Of a stretch of 19,576 nt of DNA, positions 1 to 8,331 are shown piece after piece. The DNA comes from Candidatus Eiseniibacteriota bacterium (lineage in GTDB: Bacteria; Eisenbacteria; RBG-16-71-46), in assembly GCA_041483195.1 (NCBI GenBank), contig JBGPFC010000054.1, positions 1 through 19,576 on the forward strand, read 5' to 3'. Position 1 is the stretch's first letter; every line of letters begins with the position of its first letter. Made by a program: the position numbers and the translations under genes. The notes under the pieces were generated by a model. It saw only the letters and a list, made by a program, of their open reading frames with translations, was not told the DNA's origin and made no database searches.

Positions 1-1134
1 GTGCCGTTCTCGAGGCTGCGCGGAACGCTCCAGAACGACATTCTCAAGGAGTCCATCGCGCAGAAGTGCTGGTGCTTCCCGCCGCGGCCTTCCCTGCGCA
101 TCATCGTCGACCTGATCGAGTTCGCGACCCGGCGGGTGCCGCAGTGGAACACGATCTCGATCTCGGGCTACCACATCCGCGAGGCGGGCTCGACCGCGGC
201 CCAGGAGCTGGCCTTCACGCTCGCCGACGGCTTCACCTACGTCGAGGAGTGCGTGAAGCGGGGTCTGGACGTCGACGACTTCGCCCCCCGGCTCTCGTTC
301 TTCTGGAACAGCCATCTCGACTTCTTCGAGGAGATCGCGAAGCTGCGCGCCGCGCGCCGCATCTGGGCGCGCCATATGCGCGAGCGCTTCCATGCGAAGC
401 GGAAGGAGTCGTGGCTGATGCGGTTCCACACCCAGACCGCCGGCTGCTCGTTGTGGGACAAGCAGCCCGAGAACAACATCGTGCGCACCGCGTTCGAGGC
501 GCTCGCGGCGGTGCTGGGCGGGACGCAGTCGCTCCACACCAATTCGATGGACGAGACCATCGCGCTGCCGAGCGACAAGGCGGTCAAGATCGCGCTGCGC
601 ACGCAGCAGATCATCGCTCACGAGATCGGCGTCACCGAGACCATCGATCCGCTCGCCGGTTCCTACTACCTGGAGTCGCTGACCCGCGACATCGAGGGGC
701 AGGCTGAGCACTACTTCCGCCAGATCGAGGCGATGGGCGGCGTGGTCGCCGGGATCGAACAGGGGTTCTTCCAGCGGGAGATCGCGCGCGCCGCCTACCA
801 GTACCAGCGCGAGATGGAGAAGAAGCAGCGCGTCATCGTCGGCGTGAACGAGTACGTCGAGGCCGACGAGAAGCTCGAGATCCCCATCCTCCTGATCGGC
901 GAGGAAGTCGAGGCCGAGCAGAAGCGGGCGATCGCCGACCTCAAGCGCACCCGCGACGGCAAGGCGACGGGCGCCGCGCTCAAGGCGCTGACCGCGGCCG
1001 CCGCGAGCGCGCCGGGCGAGAAGAACGTGATGGAGCACATCCTCGGCGCCGCGCGCACCTACGCCACCGAGGGCGAGATCCGCAACGCCATGCGCGAGGT
1101 CTACGGCGACCACGTCGAGAGCGCCGAGTTCTGA
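1..1134 (+). CDS. B12-dependent acyl-CoA mutase, large (substrate-binding) subunit, 5'-truncated by window edge; isobutyryl-CoA/2-hydroxyisobutyryl-CoA mutase-like
   Basis: Mutase family motifs GTLQNDILKE, WNTISISGYHIREAG, FAPRLSFF, RFHTQTAG, GGTQSLHTNSMDE, DPLAGSYYLE. No C-terminal DxHxxG B12 domain, so it is a split-type enzyme. GTG at position 1 is likely an internal Val. Confidence 0.95.
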   Translation: MPFSRLRGTLQNDILKESIAQKCWCFPPRPSLRIIVDLIEFATRRVPQWNTISISGYHIREAGSTAAQELAFTLADGFTYVEECVKRGLDVDDFAPRLSFFWNSHLDFFEEIAKLRAARRIWARHMRERFHAKRKESWLMRFHTQTAGCSLWDKQPENNIVRTAFEALAAVLGGTQSLHTNSMDETIALPSDKAVKIALRTQQIIAHEIGVTETIDPLAGSYYLESLTRDIEGQAEHYFRQIEAMGGVVAGIEQGFFQREIARAAYQYQREMEKKQRVIVGVNEYVEADEKLEIPILLIGEEVEAEQKRAIADLKRTRDGKATGAALKALTAAAASAPGEKNVMEHILGAARTYATEGEIRNAMREVYGDHVESAEF

Positions 1135-1192
1135 TCGGCGCCGTGGATCGCATCCTCTTCACCGAAGCGGTCGAGACGGCGGAGCGGGGCGC

Positions 1193-1879
1193 GTGAGCTT
1201 CGAGTTCGAGGCTCGCTTCTTCAGCGGCCTGCTGCGCGGCGCGCGTGCCCGGCCCCGCAACGTGCTGGTGGTGGGCGCCGGCGATGGCCTCGAGGCGGTC
1301 GCGGTGGCGGGGGAGTCCGGCGCCACGGTGGTGGGCATCGACCTCGCCGTGAATCCCCGCTGGAAACGGCCCGGCGTCCACCTGCTGCGCGCCGACGCGC
1401 GGCGCCTGCCGTTTCGCGATGGCGCGTTCGACGCGCTCTACTGTTACCACGTGCTCGAGCACGTTCCGGGACCCGCGGGGGCCGTGGCCGAGACGCGGCG
1501 CGTGCTGGTGCGGGAGGGGATCGCGCTGTTCGGAACGCCGAACCGCACGCGGATCGCTGGCTACATCGGCGGCCGCGCGACGACCTGGGAAAAGCTGAAG
1601 TGGAACGCGGTGGACTACTGGCGGCGCATGACCGGGCGCTGGTCGAACGAGCAGGGCTCGCACGCCGGATTCAGCGAGCGGGAGCTGGCGGGGCTGCTCT
1701 CGGCGTCCTTCTCGCGCGTCGAGAGCGTGAGCCTGGCCTACTACGTCGAGAAGTACCCGGGACTCGCGCGGGCGTGGCGAGCGGCGGCGCGTCTCGGCCT
1801 GCTGCGCTTCCTCGCACCCTCGGTTTACTTTCGGGCGGCGGATCGCGGATCCGGTGGAGCGGCCGCCGGACGAGCGTGA
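1193..1879 (+). CDS. Class I SAM-dependent methyltransferase (Methyltransf_11-like)
   Basis: Motif I VLVVGAGDG, then VVGIDL, ADARRLPFRDGAFD, HVLEHV, GTPN. GGAG lies upstream of the GTG start. Confidence 0.88.
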   Translation: MSFEFEARFFSGLLRGARARPRNVLVVGAGDGLEAVAVAGESGATVVGIDLAVNPRWKRPGVHLLRADARRLPFRDGAFDALYCYHVLEHVPGPAGAVAETRRVLVREGIALFGTPNRTRIAGYIGGRATTWEKLKWNAVDYWRRMTGRWSNEQGSHAGFSERELAGLLSASFSRVESVSLAYYVEKYPGLARAWRAAARLGLLRFLAPSVYFRAADRGSGGAAAGRA

Positions 1880-1882
1880 GCG

Positions 1883-4807
1883 CTATCTCACGAACACCGT
1901 CCTGCGCGCCAGCGTTCGTCCCGACTGCGTGAGACGCAGCCAGTAAACGCCCGGCGGCATGCGGGATGATCCATCGAGCCGGATCAGATGGCGGCCGGCG
2001 CCGAGTCCCGAGACCTCACGCGCGTCGAGCCGGCGGCCGCTCACGTCCACCAGCTCGAGCGTGGCGGGCTCATCGCTCGCGAGCGTGAATCCGACTTGAA
2101 GCTCGCTCACCGCGGGATTCGGGCGTGAACCCTCCAGCGCGAAACGCAGCGTCGCCGGAACATCGACCCAGGTCTCCGTGCTTTGCGCTTCGGTCCCCGA
2201 CTCGATCCAGCTGAGCCGATAGCCGTAGCGCTCGCCCGGCGAGACCCGCAGGTCCACGAATCGCAGCTGCCCCGCGCCGTCGAAGGCGCCGCTGCCGATC
2301 GCCGCCCAGCCGTCCCGCGCGCCCCGTCGCTCGATCGTGGCGTCACCGGTTGCCGCGAGGGCGCGGTACCACACCAGCGAGACCCGGTCGGGGAGTGCGT
2401 CCGCCCGCGCCAGCGAAACCAGCGCCGGGGTGGGCGAGCTCAGCCAGTGGACCGGGGTCGTGGTGGTGTCCGCGAAGCCCGGAATCAACGCGTCCGAATG
2501 GATGAACCGCACGGTGGTGGAGCTGCCCATAGGGTTCGTGCGATGCAGGACCGCGGCGATCGGCAGGGTCTCGCCGGTCGCGAGCGTTGGCGTGCCCGAG
2601 AGTGCGGGCGGTCCGCCGCTCAGCCAGCCGGCCGAATCCTCGAGCCGCCAGGTCAGCTCGCGCGAGAAGTTGCCGCCGTTCGCGAACTGCACCTGGTAGG
2701 ACGTGTCATCGCCCACCGCGACGAACAGCTCGGCGGGCGCGGTGGCCGAAGCGTCGAAGACCGAGGCGTCGGAAAAAATGTCGGGGTCCCCGAGCCGCGC
2801 ATCGGTGAACGCGAGCACCACGCGATTGCGATCCGCCGCGAGATGCTGGTAGTCGCCCATGTTGTTGCCGTTCGATTGGCAGACGTTGGTGGACCAGAAC
2901 GACGTGGCGTCGCCCACGCGGTGGTTCGCCCCCCACGTGACGCCGCCGTCCCCGGAGGCGCTCAGGTACTCGGTGGACGCGGCGCCGGTGAGCGTGTCCT
3001 CGCGGAAATCCTGCCACTCGCAGTACACGCGACCGCGCCCGTCCACAGCGAGCGACGGGTACTGCCCGTCGAATCCGGGAGCGCTGTCGTTCACGCGCTG
3101 CGGCGTGCTCCAGGTCGTGCCGTCGTCCGAGTGCGTGACGACCTGATCACGGATGTCGCGCGAGCGCTCGCCCGGCGTGGCGTTGACGAGCGACGTGAAG
3201 AACACGTACTTGCTGATGACGCTGCTGGTGGAGCCGAACACCTTCAGGAAGTAGGACGCGGTGCGCGGGGCGCTGTACATGAGGTCGATGGCCCCGTTCG
3301 CGACCAGCCGCAGCGTACCCCCCGTGCCGACAGCGTACATCTGGCACGACACGTCCTCGCGCGTCGAGTCGTAGCTCGCAGACAGGTTGAAGACGTCCGC
3401 CTGGTGGTAGGTCTGCCCCGCCTGCATGTCGATGCGGAACCAGTCGGTGTCCACGCCGTTCTTGATGCCGCGGAGCTTGCCGCCCGGGACGAACGCCGTG
3501 GCGGTCGCCGTGGTGTTGTTCGGTTCGACTTCGATCTTCGTCGTGGTTTCGAGCAGCGGGGCCGCGAGGTAATTGACGGACTCGTCCCACGACACGTACA
3601 CGCGCCCGCGATGCGGGCCGTTCGTGCAATCCACCGCGATCGACGGCTGGAGCGACGCGAAGAAGCGCAGGAATCCGGGTCCCCCGTTGGAGAAGCACAC
3701 CGGGTGCTCGGCGATCAGGGTGATCGGCCCGAACGTGGCTCCGAAGTCGTTCGAGCGGCGGATCGCGATCGAGACCGGCGCGTCGATGCGATCGACCCCG
3801 CAGTCGTAGTCCAGCCAGATCACGTACAGCTCGCCGTCAGGCCCGACGGCCATCTGCGAGAACTGCGCGCCGCAGCGGCCGGCGGTGTCGCTCATGGTCT
3901 GGATCGGCCCGAGCGGATTCAGGTCGGCGTCGCAACGCCGGAACTCGAGGAAGTTGCCCCCGTCCTGCTTGAAATCCGTCCACGAGAAGTAGGTGCTTCC
4001 GCTCAGCGAATCCGCGGTCATCCATGGCTTGTCGAAGAAGTCCAGCCCCGGTGAGGTCACCGGGCGCGTGAGCTTGTCGAGGACGAAGCTCCCCCCGCTG
4101 AAGTGTCCCTTGACGGCTCCGACGCCGGTGAACGCACCGCCGCCACCCCCGGTGCCCCCGCCGTGAAGCGTCCCGACGTAAAACGCACCGGTCTTGTGGT
4201 TGACCGCGTGACTCGGGTCGCCCGTGATCTGCCCGCCGACATCGGTCGGGGGATAACCGCCGCCGTCTGTGAACGTCACCCCGCCGTCGGTCGAATAGCC
4301 GTAGTTCTGACGGGAACGCAGGCCGCAGCGGCTGTCGATGTCGTTCCATCCGATCAGGATGTTGACGCCGTCCACCGCGACCGTGGCTTCGTCCTGCGCG
4401 ATCGGCTGGTTCTGGCAGACCGCGCACGTGAGCGGGATCCGATCGTTCGCGCGAGCGTCGGTGGCAAGCGCGGAAGCGGTGGCCAGCGGCGTCATCGATC
4501 CTTCCGGCTCGGCCCGCATCGGTGCCGGGGCGCGGGCCACGCTCTCGTCCCGCTTCTCGAGCGGCTCGCGGCCGCGGCCCCCCGTGTGCCTGCGATCGCG
4601 CATCTCATCGGATTCCGCGGCGCGCATGCGCTCGAGCCACGCGGAGAGCCGGGGACGGGCGAGCGGCTTCGCATGGCGGTTCGGGGGCGGCGCCCAGGGC
4701 TTCGGCGCGGGGGCGGAGCCGGCGGGGGTGGCGAACAGCAGGAGCGATGCGAAGACGATCCGTGACGCGGGAGGCAGAGACGGTCGGCTGTGGAAGCTCA
4801 GGCGCAC
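1883..4807 (-). CDS. Secreted Asp-box (BNR/sialidase-like) beta-propeller protein with inserted PPC-like domain and T9SS/FlgD-like C-terminal domain (~974 aa)
   Basis: Start reassigned to the in-frame GTG at 4807, preceded by AGGGGAG and followed by a signal-peptide-like segment ([17 protein letters not shown]). Four Asp-boxes: [34 protein letters not shown]-like EVEPNN...DTDWFRI segment. C-terminus [10 protein letters not shown]...DVSGRRL...PGVYWLRL...TVFVR resembles T9SS type A sorting domains. Confidence 0.82.
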   Translation of the reverse strand: MRLSFHSRPSLPPASRIVFASLLLFATPAGSAPAPKPWAPPPNRHAKPLARPRLSAWLERMRAAESDEMRDRRHTGGRGREPLEKRDESVARAPAPMRAEPEGSMTPLATASALATDARANDRIPLTCAVCQNQPIAQDEATVAVDGVNILIGWNDIDSRCGLRSRQNYGYSTDGGVTFTDGGGYPPTDVGGQITGDPSHAVNHKTGAFYVGTLHGGGTGGGGGAFTGVGAVKGHFSGGSFVLDKLTRPVTSPGLDFFDKPWMTADSLSGSTYFSWTDFKQDGGNFLEFRRCDADLNPLGPIQTMSDTAGRCGAQFSQMAVGPDGELYVIWLDYDCGVDRIDAPVSIAIRRSNDFGATFGPITLIAEHPVCFSNGGPGFLRFFASLQPSIAVDCTNGPHRGRVYVSWDESVNYLAAPLLETTTKIEVEPNNTTATATAFVPGGKLRGIKNGVDTDWFRIDMQAGQTYHQADVFNLSASYDSTREDVSCQMYAVGTGGTLRLVANGAIDLMYSAPRTASYFLKVFGSTSSVISKYVFFTSLVNATPGERSRDIRDQVVTHSDDGTTWSTPQRVNDSAPGFDGQYPSLAVDGRGRVYCEWQDFREDTLTGAASTEYLSASGDGGVTWGANHRVGDATSFWSTNVCQSNGNNMGDYQHLAADRNRVVLAFTDARLGDPDIFSDASVFDASATAPAELFVAVGDDTSYQVQFANGGNFSRELTWRLEDSAGWLSGGPPALSGTPTLATGETLPIAAVLHRTNPMGSSTTVRFIHSDALIPGFADTTTTPVHWLSSPTPALVSLARADALPDRVSLVWYRALAATGDATIERRGARDGWAAIGSGAFDGAGQLRFVDLRVSPGERYGYRLSWIESGTEAQSTETWVDVPATLRFALEGSRPNPAVSELQVGFTLASDEPATLELVDVSGRRLDAREVSGLGAGRHLIRLDGSSRMPPGVYWLRLTQSGRTLARRTVFVR

Positions 4808-4863
4808 GGCATACTCCCCTGGATGGAGGGCGAGCGACTCGTGGGGGAGAACGACTCCCATCA

Positions 4864-4893
4864 AGGCTAGCCGCCATGCAGGATGCGGGTCAA
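4864..4893 (-). promoter_or_regulatory. Candidate sigma70-type promoter for the propeller protein gene
   Basis: Minus strand reads TTGACC (4893-4888), 18-nt spacer, TAGCCT (4869-4864), about 57 nt upstream of the GTG at 4807. Confidence 0.5.
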
Positions 4894-4943
4894 CGCACGA
4901 TTGCGAAACCGCGCTCTCCGCCCGCCGCCGCCCGCCCGTGTCC

Positions 4944-4973
4944 TTGACCCTCTTCGAGTCGCGCCCGTACGCT
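4944..4973 (+). promoter_or_regulatory. Candidate sigma70-type promoter for the mutase small-subunit operon
   Basis: TTGACC (4944-4949), 18-nt spacer, TACGCT (4968-4973), about 66 nt upstream of ATG 5040. Confidence 0.5.
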
Positions 4974-5039
4974 CGCCCGGCCGGGGCATGGATCGAAGCA
5001 GCTGTTGTCGGGTGTGGCATGGTGAGGAGGGGAGAAATC

Positions 5040-5735
5040 ATGCAACGCAAGATCCGGGTGCTGGTCGCGAAGCCGGGGCTCGATGGGCACGATCGCGGCG
5101 CGAAGGTCGTGGCGGCGGCGCTGCGCGATGCCGGCATGGAAGTGATCTACACCGGACTGCACCAGACGCCGGAGCAGGTGGTGGAAGCCGCGGTGCAGGA
5201 GGACGTGGACGTGGTCGCGCTCTCGATCCTCTCGGGCGCCCACATGACCCTGTTCCCCGAGGTGCTGGAGCTGATGCGCGAGCGCGGCATCGGCGACAAG
5301 CTGCTGAGCGGCGGCGGCATCATTCCCGCCGAGGACATGGAGACGCTCGCGCGACAGGGGGTGGGGCGCCTGTTCGGCCCCGGAGCCTCGACGCAGGACA
5401 TCGCGGAGTACATCCGCGGCTGGTTCGTCGCGACCCACGGCGCGGACGCGCTCGCGCCGCGCGTGCGCGCGTCCGCGCCGCGTGGCGCTTCGCCCCAGCA
5501 CGCGAAGTCCGCCCCGAAGCCGAAGCGGGTCGCGGCGCGGAAGCCCGCGCCGGCGGCCGAGGCGATTCGCATCGTGGCGCCGAAGCCCGCCGCGCCCGCG
5601 AAGCCGGCCCGCGCGAAGACCCGGCACGCCACCGCCAAGCGCGTCGCGCGCAGGGCCGCGAAACGTGCGGGGAAGGCGCAGCGCTCGACCCGGCCGAAGC
5701 GCACGGCGAAACGCTCGTCGCGCGCGCGCCGCTAG
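5040..5735 (+). CDS. Acyl-CoA mutase small subunit (cobalamin-binding domain) with Lys/Arg/Ala/Pro-rich C-terminal extension (231 aa)
   Basis: ATG 5040 follows GAGGAGGGGAG. Contains [12 protein letters not shown] (DxHxxG His-on motif), SILSGAH, GGGIIP, FGPG. Residues ~135-231 are low-complexity and basic. Confidence 0.95.
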   Translation: MQRKIRVLVAKPGLDGHDRGAKVVAAALRDAGMEVIYTGLHQTPEQVVEAAVQEDVDVVALSILSGAHMTLFPEVLELMRERGIGDKLLSGGGIIPAEDMETLARQGVGRLFGPGASTQDIAEYIRGWFVATHGADALAPRVRASAPRGASPQHAKSAPKPKRVAARKPAPAAEAIRIVAPKPAAPAKPARAKTRHATAKRVARRAAKRAGKAQRSTRPKRTAKRSSRARR

Positions 5736-5753
5736 CACGCGGCGAGCGCATCC

Positions 5754-6554
5754 ATGCCGCGGCGCCTCCCGGAGCCGGAGCTGCACATCGCGGCGCGCGA
5801 GGGCCTGCCGTTCCTGGTCGAGCACTGGTATCTGGGATCTGCGACCCGGCGCTACATGATGGTGCGCCGCTTCCGCGAGGTCATCGCGCGCGCCGACTTG
5901 AGGCCGGGCCAGCGCGTGCTCGACCTCGGCTGCGGCTGGGCGTACGGCACGCTGTGGGCGCGCTCGCTGGGCTGCTCGGTGGCCGGCATCGATCTCGGCT
6001 TCGATCAATTGCGCTGGGCGCGCGCATCGCTCGATCAGGGCGAGGGGCTCGGCCTCGCGCAGGCCAACGCGAAGGCGCTGCCGTTTCGTGACGCCAGCTT
6101 CGACCGCGCGTTCTCGGTGGAGATGATGGAGCACGTGTTCCGCCCGGACCGCGACGCGGTGCTGGCCGAGATCGCGCGGGTGCTGAAGCCGGGCGCGAGG
6201 TTCGCGCTCTCCACGCCGAATCCCGCCTCGCCGATCGAAGCCGCCAAGCGCGCGGCGGTGAGGTGGCCGGCGCTGCGCCGCAGCCTGCCCGCTTCGTGCT
6301 TCCCCGAGGCGGCGGACGAAGCGGCGGCGTACCATCCGTACCGTTATCACCATCCGCTGCCGCTCGGCGAGCTGACCGCGCGCCTCGCGGGCGCAGGCTT
6401 CGCCGTCGAAGGGTCGCGCCGTTTTCTCTGGGTGCCGAAGACGCTGCCCGCCTCGATGCTCGCCATGGGGCGCGGGGCGGAGGCGATGGCGGAGGCCATG
6501 CCGGGCGTGAACCGCGCCGGGGCCACCACCCTGGTGTGGGCCACGCGGCGATAG
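5754..6554 (+). CDS. Class I SAM-dependent methyltransferase (Methyltransf_11/UbiE-like fold)
   Basis: RVLDLGCGWAYG, VAGIDL, ANAKALPFRDASFD, EMMEHV, RVLKPGARFALSTPN. Confidence 0.9.
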   Translation: MPRRLPEPELHIAAREGLPFLVEHWYLGSATRRYMMVRRFREVIARADLRPGQRVLDLGCGWAYGTLWARSLGCSVAGIDLGFDQLRWARASLDQGEGLGLAQANAKALPFRDASFDRAFSVEMMEHVFRPDRDAVLAEIARVLKPGARFALSTPNPASPIEAAKRAAVRWPALRRSLPASCFPEAADEAAAYHPYRYHHPLPLGELTARLAGAGFAVEGSRRFLWVPKTLPASMLAMGRGAEAMAEAMPGVNRAGATTLVWATRR

Positions 6555-6574
6555 CGGGCACGAGGAGCCGAACC

Positions 6575-7174
6575 ATGACGCGAACCCTGGTCGCGCTGAA
6601 CGGCAGCCCGCTGCGCGGGAGCAGCGTGGATCGGCTGCTCGACGCGATCTGCGCGGGCGCCGCCGAGGCCGGCGGGGCGGCGCTCCACCTGCGCTGCAAC
6701 GAGCTGGTGGTGAAGCCCTGCCAGGCGTGCGGGCCGGAGCCCACCACCGGCTACTGCATCTTTCACGACGGGATGGATGAGGTCTACTCGGCGCTGCGTG
6801 ACGCGCACGCGGTGGCGGTGGGCTCGCCGATCTACTTCGACGCCGTGAGCGCGCAGCTCAAGCTGGTGATGGATCGCTGCAACTGCATCACGCCGCTCAC
6901 GCGCGTGGCAGGCGGCGGCTACGCGTTCCGTCCGCTCTGGTCGCGTACGCGACGCGGCGTGTTCGTCACCGCCTGCGGTCCGCGGCAGCGCTGGGACATG
7001 GCCGAGCGCAGCGTGCGCGGATTTCTCAAGTGGATTGGCGCGCGCTGGGAGGAGACCATTGCCTGGGCGCACGAGGACAACGACCTCGGCAGCGTGAGGG
7101 CGCGGCCCGAGCTGCTGGAGCGTGCGCGCGCGCTCGGGCGGCGTCTGATCGAGAGCGCGCCGCTCGAGGGATGA
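6575..7174 (+). CDS. Flavodoxin-family / iron-sulfur flavoprotein-like (NADPH-dependent FMN reductase family) protein
   Basis: ATG 6575 follows GAGGAG. LNGSPLRGSS FMN loop, PCQAC...C Cys cluster, GSPIYF..VSAQLKLVMDR, C-terminal LERARALGRRL. Confidence 0.88.
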   Translation: MTRTLVALNGSPLRGSSVDRLLDAICAGAAEAGGAALHLRCNELVVKPCQACGPEPTTGYCIFHDGMDEVYSALRDAHAVAVGSPIYFDAVSAQLKLVMDRCNCITPLTRVAGGGYAFRPLWSRTRRGVFVTACGPRQRWDMAERSVRGFLKWIGARWEETIAWAHEDNDLGSVRARPELLERARALGRRLIESAPLEG

Positions 7175-7219
7175 GGCGCGGCGCGGACGGCGGTGACTCG
7201 ACGAAGGATCGGAGGACGG

Positions 7220-7507
7220 ATGTCGGCACTGGTGATCGTGGACATCGTGATCAGGGATCCGGTCGCATACGAGGAGTACAGGCGGATCGCGGCCCCGACC
7301 GTCGCCGCCCACGGAGGGCGGTACCCGGTGCGCGGCGGGCGCGTGGAATCGCTCGAGGGGGACTGGCGGCCGGCGCGGCTGGTGGTGCTCGAATTTCCGT
7401 CCGTGGAGCGCGCGAAGGCCTGGTGGAATTCCGAGGAATATCGCCCCGCCCGGGCGCTGCGGGACGCCGCAGCGAGCACCCGGATGCTCGTGGTCGAGGG
7501 CGTCTAG
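7220..7507 (+). CDS. DUF1330 family protein (95 aa)
   Basis: ATG 7220 follows GGAGGA. Signature YEEY...HGGRYPVRGG..ESLEGDW.P.RLVVLEFPS.ERAKAWWNSEEY. Confidence 0.9.
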   Translation: MSALVIVDIVIRDPVAYEEYRRIAAPTVAAHGGRYPVRGGRVESLEGDWRPARLVVLEFPSVERAKAWWNSEEYRPARALRDAAASTRMLVVEGV

Positions 7508-7547
7508 GCTGAACGCTCGAGCCCCCATCGGATTCCCGCCGCTGGCG

Positions 7548-8213
7548 GTGCTCGCGCTCGCGTTCGCGGCGGCCGCGACCGGGGCGCTCGCGGCCGATCG
7601 CGACCCGGTGCCTTCCATCCCCGCGGCCCCCGGCTTTCCGCGCTTCGCGTGCGTCACCGCGATCGAGGGGCTCGCGCCCGATTCGCTCGGCGGCCGCGAT
7701 TTCATGATCGGCCTCAACAGCGCGTTCGTCGAGAACAGCTTTCGCACCGAGCGCGCGAGCGTGCGGCCCGGGGAGCTGCTGGCGAGCGTGCCGATCTCGA
7801 ACCGGTTCCGGCTCCTGCTCGGGGGGAACAACCCGGGCGCGTGGCAGGTGCAGCTCTCGCTCCGATGGGTGGGTGCCGACTCCACTCGGGGCGGACGATC
7901 GAAGCGTCCGCGGGCCGCGGCGCGCCCCGCCTCACGAGCCGCGTCCGCCTCGGACGCCGCTCCGTCCGCCGCGCGGGACACGCTGCTCGACGTCGTGATC
8001 GAGGCACGCTCGCCAGAGGCGGTCGCGGCCGGGGCGCGGGTCGTGCCCTCACGGGTGCGGCTCGCCTTCCCCCGTTCCCCCGGATCGCGCGCCGAATTCG
8101 CGCGAGCGGCGGGGCGCGCGGTGGCGCTGCTCACGCTCGAGGTGCTCCACCACCAGAGCGAAGATCTCGCCTCCGACGAGCGGCTGCGCATCGACGGCGC
8201 GACGCGACGCTGA
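7548..8213 (+). CDS. Hypothetical exported protein
   Basis: Fills the gap between DUF1330 and the acyl-CoA dehydrogenase on the operon strand. Hydrophobic N-terminus ending ALA-ADRD. No recognised domain. Start may be CTG 7509. Confidence 0.55.
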   Translation: MLALAFAAAATGALAADRDPVPSIPAAPGFPRFACVTAIEGLAPDSLGGRDFMIGLNSAFVENSFRTERASVRPGELLASVPISNRFRLLLGGNNPGAWQVQLSLRWVGADSTRGGRSKRPRAAARPASRAASASDAAPSAARDTLLDVVIEARSPEAVAAGARVVPSRVRLAFPRSPGSRAEFARAAGRAVALLTLEVLHHQSEDLASDERLRIDGATRR

Positions 8214-8331
8214 CCGGGTCCCGAGCGCTCGCGCCGCGCCCCGCGGCTGGGTTAGAGTGACCCGCGTCCCGTTCCATCCGCGCCCGCCGCCCGGCGCCGG
8301 ACGCGCGACCTCAACGACACGGAGTCCTCGC

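Noticed and set aside
2183..4054. 623-aa plus-strand ORF and other long alternative-frame ORFs (e.g. 10459-12960, 6347-8191, 4890-6353, 14556-15767)
   Set aside because: These are Arg/Ala/Gly/Pro-rich or antisense shadows of well-supported genes, expected in high-GC DNA, with no recognisable motifs.
4130..4165. Gly-rich run ([11 protein letters not shown]) in the propeller protein as a repeat element
   Set aside because: It is a short flexible loop with mixed codons and no tandem nucleotide repeat.
4338..5039. Long N-terminal extension of the B12-binding ORF (465-aa version)
   Set aside because: It is antisense to the propeller gene with shadow-like composition. A strong RBS precedes ATG 5040, where family homology begins.
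4808..5039. Cobalamin riboswitch upstream of the B12-binding subunit
   Set aside because: No riboswitch core motifs were seen, and the predicted leader is only about 60 nt.
4808..5137. N-terminal 110-aa extension of the 1084-aa minus-strand ORF
   Set aside because: It overlaps the mutase small-subunit gene and the divergent promoter region. The RBS and signal peptide point to GTG 4807.
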